From IMG/VR virus record IMGVR_UViG_3300032237_001368, positions 1 to 34,706 of that record: 34,706 nt of DNA, one strand, 5' to 3'. Position numbers and translations under genes: made by a program. Every line of letters begins with the position of its first letter. Position 1 is the first letter of the stretch. Below, piece after piece: positions 20,192-28,485 of this stretch. Below the pieces are notes generated by a model that made no database searches, was not told the origin of the DNA, and saw nothing but the letters and a program-made list of their open reading frames with translations. Source of the stretch: a virus. Lineage: Duplodnaviria; Caudoviricetes.

Positions 20192-20848
20192 ATGAAACTA
20201 AAACTAACAAAAACCGGCCCGAATATTTGGTTTACATCAGATACTCATTACAGTCACAAAAATATTTGTCGAGGAGTTTCTGAATGGACAACAAATCGAT
20301 TCACTCGAGATTATCCAAATTTGGATAAAATGAACGATGTGATTGTAAACAACATCAATGCAGTTGTTCAGCCAGACGATATACTGTTTCACCTAGGCGA
20401 CTGGTCTTTCGGCGGAATTGAAAATGTTTCCAAGTTCCGAGAGAGAATCTCTTGTCAAAATGTGCATTTGATTTTAGGTAATCATGACCACCACATCAAG
20501 AAAAACACCAACAATTTACAGGACTTGTTTGCATCTGTTAATCAAATGTTGACTGTACAGATAGCAGTGGACCGATCCCCGAAGCTAATAGCCGACTCTA
20601 GATATGAGTTGACTCTATCCCATTTTCCAATAGCTTCTTGGGAAAATATGAACAAAGGAGCTATTCATTTACATGGTCACGTTCACTTGCGTAGGAACCA
20701 GCGTTTGCATGACGGAAAGTCCATGGACGTTGGCGTGGATGGAAATGACCTGCACCCACACAATTTGCGTGACATCTTGTCTATAATGGAAAAGCAGCCA
20801 ATAGCAAAGCTTACACTTCCAAAAGACCATCACGAGGAAGAAATGTAG
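20192..20848 (+). CDS. Calcineurin-like metallophosphoesterase
   Basis: SDTHYSH, LGD, GNHD, SHFP, HGHVH, DVGVD. Confidence 0.9.
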   Translation: MKLKLTKTGPNIWFTSDTHYSHKNICRGVSEWTTNRFTRDYPNLDKMNDVIVNNINAVVQPDDILFHLGDWSFGGIENVSKFRERISCQNVHLILGNHDHHIKKNTNNLQDLFASVNQMLTVQIAVDRSPKLIADSRYELTLSHFPIASWENMNKGAIHLHGHVHLRRNQRLHDGKSMDVGVDGNDLHPHNLRDILSIMEKQPIAKLTLPKDHHEEEM

Positions 20849-20953
20849 AAAATTTTTTATATGTAAAAGAAATATTCGTAATTTCAATTGAAAGTATTTG
20901 GAATTACGAGTATTTCTCCATACATTTATGTATAGGTAAAAAGAAATAGAAAT

Positions 20954-22252
20954 ATGTTAGCAGAACTTCGCGAATTGCGTGTCATAGTTGATGACCTTAA
21001 CTCAACCAATAGCACAAATGATAAAAAAGTCATTTTAAGCAAGTACAAAGACAATGCATTTTTCAAGCAGATATTGTTTTACACTTACAATCCATTTTAC
21101 CAGTACTTTGTGACACCGGCATCGCTGGAAAAGCGTTACAATGATGATCTGGGCAAGGCAGGAAAAAAATACCGTGACCTTTTCCAACTTTTGGACGATC
21201 TTCGTTACAGGAAAGTTACCGGTCACACTGCTATACAAGCTGTGAACGACTTTGTATATGAATTTGAGCAGTACAAAGACTTGATTTACAAAATCATTGG
21301 CAAGGATTTGGAAATTAGGATGGGCGATTCACTCATCAACAAAATTATTCCAAACCTTATACCTACCTTTGACTGTGCACTTGCTGCAAATTTCGAAGAC
21401 GTCGATGTAGACTTTGTTACAGATAAGTGGTTTGCTTCTCGCAAGCTCGACGGCTGTCGCTGTTTGGTAATTGTGAACTCAACAGGAAATGTATCTTGTT
21501 GGTCACGCCAAGGCAATCAGTTCGAAACACTTGAAAAAGTAGAACAAGCTGTTAAGAAAATGTCTTTGAAAGGTGTGGTTTTCGATGGAGAAATTTGCCT
21601 GGTAGATGAAAACGGTAATGAAGACTTCCAGTCAATCATGAAACAGATACGTAAAAAAGACCATCAAATTGTCAGTCCAAAGTATTTGATATTTGACCTC
21701 ATTCCGTTGAAGGATTTTGAATCGAAAAAAGGCTCTACACCATACTCCGATCGGTATGACGCATTGTGTGAATTAGTTGGTATGTATAACAACACGCTGC
21801 AAATTGTTACACAAACTGTTATAGAAAATGCTAACCAATTCACATCTATGATGGAGACAGCAGATTCGAAAGGGTGGGAAGGACTTATGCTTCGTAAAAA
21901 TGTTGGATATGAAGGTAAGCGTAGTAAAAACTTGGTTAAGTGTAAGTCATTCCAAGACGCGGAATACACCGTAACTGGGTATGAAATAGGCCCTTTCAGG
22001 ATGATTGAAAATAATCGAGAAATAACCAAAGAAGTTTTGTCGAATGTGGTTATCAAACATAAAGGCAATGAAGTTTCTGTAGGATCTGGATTTACTATTG
22101 AAGAACGTGAATATTTTGCCGAACATCCTGAAGAAATTGTAGGCAAAGTCATCACAGTTAAGTATTTCCAGGAAACCGTAAATAAGTCCGGAAAGTACAG
22201 TTTACGATTCCCAACAGTGAAAGTTATACACGGGAATTCCCGCACTGTATAA
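20954..22252 (+). CDS. ATP-dependent DNA ligase
   Basis: KLDG, FDGE, FD, EGLMLR, K.K, VGSGF, SLRFP. Confidence 0.95.
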   Translation: MLAELRELRVIVDDLNSTNSTNDKKVILSKYKDNAFFKQILFYTYNPFYQYFVTPASLEKRYNDDLGKAGKKYRDLFQLLDDLRYRKVTGHTAIQAVNDFVYEFEQYKDLIYKIIGKDLEIRMGDSLINKIIPNLIPTFDCALAANFEDVDVDFVTDKWFASRKLDGCRCLVIVNSTGNVSCWSRQGNQFETLEKVEQAVKKMSLKGVVFDGEICLVDENGNEDFQSIMKQIRKKDHQIVSPKYLIFDLIPLKDFESKKGSTPYSDRYDALCELVGMYNNTLQIVTQTVIENANQFTSMMETADSKGWEGLMLRKNVGYEGKRSKNLVKCKSFQDAEYTVTGYEIGPFRMIENNREITKEVLSNVVIKHKGNEVSVGSGFTIEEREYFAEHPEEIVGKVITVKYFQETVNKSGKYSLRFPTVKVIHGNSRTV

Positions 22253-22798
22253 TGATTTTTGGTAAAGTCAAAAAGTTTAATTAAATTTAAGTACAATCAA
22301 AATAAAATAAACATGTATTCATCAAAAACATCAATTTCAAATCAAATGTTGTTGTCGCCACACACAACTACTAGAAGTACAACAGAATTTGAAGTAATAT
22401 TGTCGAATAAAGAAATTGACAAAACTTCAGACGTACAGAATACGAAACTTACAAACAAGATACCATCGATGTTAAATCGGCTATCAGAAACAAAAACGAA
22501 TAAAGAATATGAAATAATATTTAAGGCTTTTTCTTGTCTATTAATCGTATTTCTTTATGTTATAATTTTTTATATTGTTTCAAACATATAGTATGGAGAA
22601 TTTTTTTAACAGCTTTACATGGAAAGTTTTACTCTTTATCATGAAAGTTATCGCAGTTTTCATTTCAATCGACTTCGCATTTTTCATGATGAATCGAGAT
22701 AATACCATTTCGTTCGTAGCTGGTATTTTGCTTGCAATCGCAACAATAGGCGTGTTTATCGAACACATAAAAAACAATTACTTTAAAAACAAATAAAA

Positions 22799-23671
22799 AT
22801 GAAAAAGTTAATGTATGTGCTAGCTCTCGCACTGTCTTTGAGCTCAATGATGACAATGCAGTCTTGCAAGCGCATTGCGCCGACAGAAGCTGGATTTCGA
22901 ATTTCAAACTCAGGAACTTACCGCGGTATAGATTCTCTTCCACTTTTGACCGGATGGCAGTTTTATTTTCCAGGACAAAGTCAAATTGTAACAATACCGA
23001 CTACAATGCAGCATGAAGTTTGGACCGATTCAAAAGATGAAGGCCAGGATGGTATGCAAGCAATCACTATAGCCTGCCAGGGCGGCGCTGGCTTCCGTAT
23101 AGATGTTGGTCTTAACTACCACGTGGATGCGAACAAAGCGGCGCATATTTATTTGAAATGGCATAATGATAACCTTTCTGTAATTACTAATCAGTATATT
23201 AAGAACGTAGTTCGCGGTTGTATGCAAGATGTTTCGGGTCACATCACAGTAGACTCTATTCTAACAAACTTGCCTGCATTTGAACATGAAGTTGCTGCAA
23301 ATGTTGCAACAAAGCTGTCCGCAGACGGTTTCATTGTCGACGGATTTAATATCACTTCACAACCTCGCCCAACAGATGCTGACCTGCAAGCTTCTATCAA
23401 TAACAAAGTCAAGGCTAAACAAGATGCAGAAACTTCTGTAATGGAGTTGCAGAAATCTATAGCAGAAGCAAATAAAAAGATAGCTGATGCCCGAGGTGAC
23501 TCTGCATCTAAAGTAATTGCCGCTGCAGGCGAAGCGCGGGCAATACAGTTAAAGCAGCAGGTAGTTACTCCAGTATATGTTGAGTATATCAAAGCTAGCA
23601 CATGGGATGGTAAGTTACCAAATGTAATGACCAGCTCCGGTGGCACAATGTTGAATATATCAGCTAAGTAA
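22799..23671 (+). CDS. SPFH/Band-7 domain lipoprotein
   Basis: Signal ending MQSC; SPFH core; coiled AEANKKIADARG; WDGKLP. Confidence 0.88.
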   Translation: MKKLMYVLALALSLSSMMTMQSCKRIAPTEAGFRISNSGTYRGIDSLPLLTGWQFYFPGQSQIVTIPTTMQHEVWTDSKDEGQDGMQAITIACQGGAGFRIDVGLNYHVDANKAAHIYLKWHNDNLSVITNQYIKNVVRGCMQDVSGHITVDSILTNLPAFEHEVAANVATKLSADGFIVDGFNITSQPRPTDADLQASINNKVKAKQDAETSVMELQKSIAEANKKIADARGDSASKVIAAAGEARAIQLKQQVVTPVYVEYIKASTWDGKLPNVMTSSGGTMLNISAK

Positions 23672-23680
23672 TAAAACGGC

Positions 23681-23756
23681 AATCTGTGTAACGCTCAGTG
23701 GCTAGAGCTCCGGATGAAATATGTCGGGTGCGAGGGTTCGACTCCCTTCACAGATT
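23681..23756 (+). ncRNA. Atypical tRNA-like element
   Basis: AATCTGTG/CACAGATT stem, GCTC/GAGC D arm, GAGGG-TTCGACT-CCCTT T arm; 4-nt linker and distorted anticodon arm around GAA. Confidence 0.65.
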
Positions 23757-23772
23757 CTTAAAATTTAAAAAA

Positions 23773-24015
23773 ATGAAGATATTACTAATAGTATTAGTAG
23801 TTTACATCGTAAGTGTGCTACGAGCTCGTAAATGGCTGCAAAAAGCGCATTCAGAAAGCGGCATATATTCTGGATTGACACCCAATGGCGGCGACGTTTT
23901 TATAGTACTATTTCCATTACTTAATACAGTGTTTGCTATTATGATGATATTTTTACCACCATTGTGTGACCATAAAACAATAGACTGGGGCGAGTTTTTC
24001 AATATTAAAAAATAA
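23773..24015 (+). CDS. Small two-TM membrane protein
   Basis: MKILLIVLVVYIVS...; the ORF-track 5' extension overlaps the tRNA-like element. Confidence 0.6.
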   Translation: MKILLIVLVVYIVSVLRARKWLQKAHSESGIYSGLTPNGGDVFIVLFPLLNTVFAIMMIFLPPLCDHKTIDWGEFFNIKK

Positions 24016-24020
24016 TTAAT

Positions 24021-24503
24021 ATGAAAAAGATACTAATTGCATTGTGTATAGCATTTGCTAGTTTAAATGTAAACGCACAAAATTACATTGCAGTTTCAAC
24101 TACCTTGTATACCAATCCCGGAACATTTGCAGCAAAGGCGTCTCCTGCTATTGAGATAGGTAAACAGTTAGGTCCACTATCTGTTGGAATAGATGTTGGA
24201 AAAACGAACTGCTCTCCTGTACGTGGCAAGGACACTACAGTGTATTTTGAACTTCGTCCAAACTTAAATGTGTTTCAACAAGGAAAATTTACCAACACAT
24301 TGACAATTGGAGTTGGCGCAGTTCCATTTAGCACTCAATCAATGATGGGAGAGCTAAGTTATGGTATTGAATATGCAATGTCAGATATCGTTCACTTAAA
24401 TGTTAACTTTGGCCAGTATTATTTCAGTGGCACGAATGTGAGTAGTTCTGCAACATATTTTGGAATTAATATTATAAGATATTTCAGTACGAAAAAGAAA
24501 TAA
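24021..24503 (+). CDS. Secreted small beta-barrel-like outer-membrane protein
   Basis: Signal peptide ending NA|Q; alternating hydrophobic strands; C-terminal YFGINIIRYF. Confidence 0.6.
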   Translation: MKKILIALCIAFASLNVNAQNYIAVSTTLYTNPGTFAAKASPAIEIGKQLGPLSVGIDVGKTNCSPVRGKDTTVYFELRPNLNVFQQGKFTNTLTIGVGAVPFSTQSMMGELSYGIEYAMSDIVHLNVNFGQYYFSGTNVSSSATYFGINIIRYFSTKKK

Positions 24504-24592
24504 TATATGTAAAAGAAATATATCAAATTAATTTTGAATATATTTGGTAGATTGAAAAAGTCTACTTACATTTATGTATAGACAATAAGAAC

Positions 24593-25114
24593 ATGGTAAA
24601 GACAGCAACGGTATCGCAAGTAGGTAAATTTTTCAAAGTAATCACAAATACCGGAGAAGATATATCCAATCAAATTGAGCGTCCAATGCGTAAAAAAGCA
24701 TTGGAGTTGGGCAAGGAATTAGAATTTGACACACAAAATTCGTGCTGGAAAATATCTGGAGTGCAGAGTACCAGTACACCAGTACCGATGAAAAAAGCCG
24801 CGGATACGAAGAAGGCCGCTATTGAAAAAATAGAGGAAGAGATTGTATCTCAAACAAAAGTAAAACGTCAGCGCAAAGTGTATGACACTGTGGAAATGCC
24901 TAAACCGAAATTTGAACCAGGTGATTTGGTAACTGTGGAATTTATCGGGTCAAGACGCCAAGTAGTTCTTTCAGAAATTAAGCGTAATCCACAAAATATA
25001 AATCGTTGGATTTACACAGGTATTGAAGTTGGGACTGGCACTTCAATACCATACATCGGTATCAATGATTCGGAACCGTTCGCAAACATTGTTGAAGAAA
25101 AAGTAGAAGAATAA
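24593..25114 (+). CDS. Protein sharing the N-terminal module of the AAA+ ATPase, plus SH3-like C-domain
   Basis: 27 of 49 ungapped identities to residues 6-54 of ORF 3339; KFEPGDLVTV. Confidence 0.8.
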   Translation: MVKTATVSQVGKFFKVITNTGEDISNQIERPMRKKALELGKELEFDTQNSCWKISGVQSTSTPVPMKKAADTKKAAIEKIEEEIVSQTKVKRQRKVYDTVEMPKPKFEPGDLVTVEFIGSRRQVVLSEIKRNPQNINRWIYTGIEVGTGTSIPYIGINDSEPFANIVEEKVEE

Positions 25115-25160
25115 TTTGAATTTCTCAAAAGAATAACTTATCTTTAAGTATAAGTAATTA

Positions 25161-25282
25161 GGTCAGGTGGTGGAAACGGCAGACACGATGGTTGGTTAAA
25201 AGAGGGATGTATTCTAAACCGAACCCAGTAAAATGGGCTACCCGTTGAATATCATATACAGTTTCGAACCCTGGACTGACCA
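25161..25282 (+). ncRNA. tRNA-like RNA with ~70-nt expanded anticodon domain
   Basis: GGTCAG/CTGACC-A acceptor as in 20100; D arm GTG..GGCAGA..CAC; TTCGAAC loop; own promoter at 25115. Confidence 0.65.
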
Positions 25283-25330
25283 CAAAATTAAAAAAAAACT
25301 ATATATTTATATTATAGTAAATGAAGAAAT

Positions 25331-25417
25331 GCTGCTGTGGCGAAATTGGTAGCACGCGAGGGACTTAAAATCCCTTGGGCAGCAATGCCCGTGTCGGTTC
25401 GACCCCGACCAGCAGCA
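25331..25417 (+). tRNA. tRNA-Leu(TAA)
   Basis: AGGGA-CTTAAAA-TCCCT, long variable arm. Confidence 0.93.
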
Positions 25418-25433
25418 CTTTAATATTAAAGTT

Positions 25434-25661
25434 ATGAAACAACCAAAAGAAGTCATAGTCTTAGATTGTGATGAAAAACGCCTGTACAACTTGCCGGATA
25501 CACCTGTAAAGTGTAAGATACAAGAACGTGAGAAATACGACAATTCAAAGGTCGTGTGTGTTTATAACCCGTCGTATACTTTAGAAAACTCTGAAACAGA
25601 ACCTAGAATTCTAGCTTTGTGTGAAGGGGAGTATGAAGTAACAGACTGGACTAAAGATTAA
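25434..25661 (+). CDS. Hypothetical protein
   Basis: 75-aa ORF. Confidence 0.6.
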   Translation: MKQPKEVIVLDCDEKRLYNLPDTPVKCKIQEREKYDNSKVVCVYNPSYTLENSETEPRILALCEGEYEVTDWTKD

Positions 25662-25665
25662 TTGT

Positions 25666-26217
25666 ATGAAAAAGAAAATTTTAATGTTTGCTTCTGCAGG
25701 TATTTTGTCTTTGGGTTGTACGTCTTTCTACGCAAATCCTAGTATTACCGAAACGTTATCAGCAAACGGGATAGAAGTATCTGATTCAACACCATCAGTT
25801 GTTATGTACAACAGTATTGTAAAATATGCTAATATGTATGAAGTTCCGAAGGAATATGCGTTTGCTTTAGCTTATCAAGAGACCAGATACAAAGGACCTG
25901 CAGATGTAAAGTACAAACATATCATCGCATCTCCTTCAGGAGCTTTAGGCCCGATGCAAATTACGTATTCCACAGCAAAATTATTTGTTGAAGATGGCGA
26001 AATTTTAAATAAAAAGCTTCTTAAGTCAGATATTGATTTAAATGTGAAGATTTCAATGCGTATTCTTCGTGCTTTGAAAGACAAGTATGGTACGTGGGGC
26101 AAGGCATTCGGGGCGTACAATACCGGAAAACCAATAGTTAACAGCTATTCGAGAAAAATTTTAAAGAAATCATATACTTGGGTAATGTTTTCAAAGCCAG
26201 GGGCATATATATTATAG
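25666..26217 (+). CDS. Lytic transglycosylase (SLT domain) with N-terminal signal
   Basis: QET catalytic Glu, GALGPMQI, AYNTG. Confidence 0.9.
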   Translation: MKKKILMFASAGILSLGCTSFYANPSITETLSANGIEVSDSTPSVVMYNSIVKYANMYEVPKEYAFALAYQETRYKGPADVKYKHIIASPSGALGPMQITYSTAKLFVEDGEILNKKLLKSDIDLNVKISMRILRALKDKYGTWGKAFGAYNTGKPIVNSYSRKILKKSYTWVMFSKPGAYIL

Positions 26218-26395
26218 AACAGAAGTTAAAAATGAAAAACTTTAGACTACATAACATACTTAACATTGTCGATAGTAATATCACAGTCCCTGCTACGTGG
26301 GGATCGATTGGCAATCGCAAGTATCAGTTTACATGTATTCCTAGGGTAAATATTAGTTAATTCACTATATATTTAATATATTTCAAAATATTTGA

Positions 26396-26428
26396 CCCTC
26401 GGTAACACAAAATACCGGGGGTTTTTTA
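26396..26428 (+). terminator. Intrinsic terminator
   Basis: CCCTCGGTA...TACCGGGGG-TTTTTT. Confidence 0.75.
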
Positions 26429-26584
26429 ATGCGTATTAACCCCGTTTTTCGCCTGTAACAGTGAAAGTAGTATATATAATAAGGCGTTGATATTAGATTA
26501 AAAATTATTCAAGTATTTTCAAATTGATTTGGTAGATTGGTTCAAATTACTTAACTTTAAGTATAGAACAAATAGACACAGAAC

Positions 26585-26794
26585 ATGAAAGACTTATATA
26601 GTATATTAAGAAATGCGGGATTATCAATTGACACAGCATGCGATGTAATAGACATTCTTAGACCAGTACTTAATGATTTATATATTCAAGTCGAGAATGG
26701 TTTTAAACCACCTGAGACAGAAAATTTTCCGTATCCAGATGATTTAAGAGAGCTTGAAATTGATAAATTTATTAATACCGGTTCTATAAATTAG
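26585..26794 (+). CDS. Hypothetical protein
   Basis: Between promoters 26528 and 26796. Confidence 0.6.
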   Translation: MKDLYSILRNAGLSIDTACDVIDILRPVLNDLYIQVENGFKPPETENFPYPDDLRELEIDKFINTGSIN

Positions 26795-26851
26795 ATTTGG
26801 TAAAACGAAATAAATGTCTTAACTTTAAGTATAGAACAAAAAGAACATTGT

Positions 26852-26985
26852 ATGGCACAGAAAGTATAGGTCAATTTGCAGTAACTAAAGAATGGGCAAG
26901 ACATCTCAGGAAATGGGGTAAGAAAGCGTTTTGGTCTACAGAAAGAACAAAAGCCAAAAGAAATTTAGAAAAAAGTTTGGATTAA
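26852..26985 (+). CDS. Small basic protein; probable 1-nt frameshift after MAQK
   Basis: GQFAVTKEWARHLRKWGKKAFW; the ORF-track start lies inside the promoter. Confidence 0.5.
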
Positions 26986-27024
26986 TCAAAAGGTTTCTTT
27001 AAATTTAATAAAGGAAGAAACAAT

Positions 27025-27153
27025 ATGAGGACATTGAAACAAATGTTGAACATGATATTCAACCACGAAATTTGGTTTGTATGTAAATATTGCGGACTGG
27101 AGTTTGACTATAGAAAAAATGAGTATTGTGATACATGTGGTAAAAGAAATTAA
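27025..27153 (+). CDS. Small zinc-ribbon protein (42 aa)
   Basis: CKYC-x11-CDTC. Confidence 0.55.
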   Translation: MRTLKQMLNMIFNHEIWFVCKYCGLEFDYRKNEYCDTCGKRN

Positions 27154-27157
27154 AAAT

Positions 27158-27229
27158 GGACTTGTAGCTCAGAGGCAGAGCGGCACCCTGTTAAGGTGAG
27201 GGTCGGGATTTCGAAATTCCCCTAGTCCG
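27158..27229 (+). tRNA. tRNA-Asn(GTT)
   Basis: CACC-CTGTTAA-GGTG. Confidence 0.85.
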
Positions 27230-27271
27230 CTTAATATACTCGTAAAAATAAGGTAGTATATTAGATATGAT

Positions 27272-27408
27272 ATTTAGAATATATTGGTTGTCAGAGGACA
27301 GTTTGTGTTTGGTAGTCCACAAATTTTTTATTCTTTTATGAGAGAAATAAAAAAAATATATAGGGTCGACACTATATATGAAAAATGAGACACTTTATAT
27401 TCTAAATT
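27272..27408 (+). ncRNA. Candidate AT-rich cloverleaf RNA
   Basis: 12-bp closing stem ATTTAGAATATA/TATATTCTAAAT enclosing three hairpins. Confidence 0.55.
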
Positions 27409-27497
27409 AATTTAGATTATGTATTTGTTTAAAGTTTGATATTGCTTTAAGGTAATAATAAATATCCGACCGAGTGTGGCGTAATCACACTCAAATT

Positions 27498-27581
27498 GAC
27501 GCAACGCTAAAGTTGGAGAGTTAGGACGGTCTGTAAAACCGTTGCCGAATGGCTGAGTAGGTTCGAATCCCACTTGCGTCA
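27498..27581 (+). tRNA. tRNA-Tyr(GTA)
   Basis: ACGGT-CTGTAAA-ACCGT, variable arm. Confidence 0.9.
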
Positions 27582-27625
27582 CTTATGAAAATACGACATT
27601 CATTAGGCAACAAAAGTCTAATGTA

Positions 27626-27829
27626 ATGAAAGCAAACAAAATTTTAGCAGAAACGACGGATTCTCTTACTTACAAGCTAGCCTTTAGAACTAAAGAACTT
27701 CTTGCTTGTCCTTTGTGTGGGCCGAATAAAGGATGTAATAGAAGACGCAAGCAAATGCAAAGAAATTGGAAGAAATTCCGTAAAACAAAATTTAAATTGA
27801 AACGAAAACAACAGAGACACTCTGAGTAG
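27626..27829 (+). CDS. Small basic Cys-containing protein
   Basis: CPLCGPNKGCN...RNWK. Confidence 0.65.
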   Translation: MKANKILAETTDSLTYKLAFRTKELLACPLCGPNKGCNRRRKQMQRNWKKFRKTKFKLKRKQQRHSE

Positions 27830-27846
27830 AACATAATAAAAATTAT

Positions 27847-27919
27847 GCGTTCGTGGCTTAATAGGTAGAGCACCTGGCTTTTAACCAGGGGGTCGCAGGT
27901 TCGAACCCTGTCGGACGCA
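27847..27919 (+). tRNA. tRNA-Lys(TTT)
   Basis: CCTGG-CTTTTAA-CCAGG. Confidence 0.92.
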
Positions 27920-27931
27920 CATTTAAATTAT

Positions 27932-28002
27932 ACGTTGATGGTGAAATGGTATCATTACAGTCTCCAAAACTGCAGTTGTAGGTTCGAGTCCTGCTCATCG
28001 TG
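27932..28002 (+). tRNA. tRNA-Trp(CCA)
   Basis: CAGT-CTCCAAA-ACTG. Confidence 0.88.
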
Positions 28003-28010
28003 CATAAAAG

Positions 28011-28103
28011 TCCTTAATGGTGTATCATCCACCCCAGACGTGGGGTTAAATTGCACAGCGACTTATAGTCGATGGTGATCGGTATGGAATCCGATTTAAG
28101 GCA
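28011..28103 (+). ncRNA. Atypical tRNA-like RNA (possible TAT anticodon) with hairpin inserted in D-loop
   Basis: CCTTAA/TTAAGG acceptor; ACCCCA-GACG-TGGGGT insert; CGA-CTTATAG-TCG; ATCGG/CCGAT T stem with non-canonical loop. Confidence 0.6.
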
Positions 28104-28115
28104 AGTTATTTAAAA

Positions 28116-28195
28116 TCCAGATTGGCTCAGTGGCGACAGCACTTACCTTGTAAGTAAGAATACAAACACCGGGGGTTCGAGTCCCTCATCTGGAT
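28116..28195 (+). tRNA. tRNA-Thr(TGT), 12-nt variable loop
   Basis: CTTAC-CTTGTAA-GTAAG. Confidence 0.85.
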
Positions 28196-28204
28196 CTTTT
28201 ACAT

Positions 28205-28278
28205 AGTGACGTAGCTCAATTGGTTAGAGCACTTGCCTGATACGCAAGAGGTTATGAGTTCGAGTCTCATGGTCGCTA
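28205..28278 (+). tRNA. tRNA-Ile(GAT)
   Basis: CTTGC-CTGATAC-GCAAG. Confidence 0.9.
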
Positions 28279-28286
28279 CTTTAATA

Positions 28287-28361
28287 CGAGAGGTCGGGCA
28301 GGTGGCTATACCCGCGTGCTTCGGGAGCACGATATCGCTGGTTCGAATCCAGTTCTCTCGA
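28287..28361 (+). tRNA. tRNA-Pro(CGG)
   Basis: CGTGC-TTCGGGA-GCACG. Confidence 0.85.
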
Positions 28362-28367
28362 CACTAC

Positions 28368-28438
28368 GGGCGTGATGCGATGGCAAGCAGTCCTCACTTG
28401 CAATGAGGTATTTTTCGGTTCGATTCCGACACTGTCCA
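28368..28438 (+). tRNA. tRNA-Ala(TGC), irregular acceptor
   Basis: CCTCA-CTTGCAA-TGAGG; G3-U70. Confidence 0.8.
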
Positions 28439-28485
28439 CAAAAGTATTTTTTGTTTATTCAAAAGAAATACTTAAATTTATAATG

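Noticed and set aside
21664-22296. 210-aa minus-strand ORF and other antisense ORFs
   Set aside because: Antisense shadows of conserved plus-strand genes; all promoters recognised point to the plus strand
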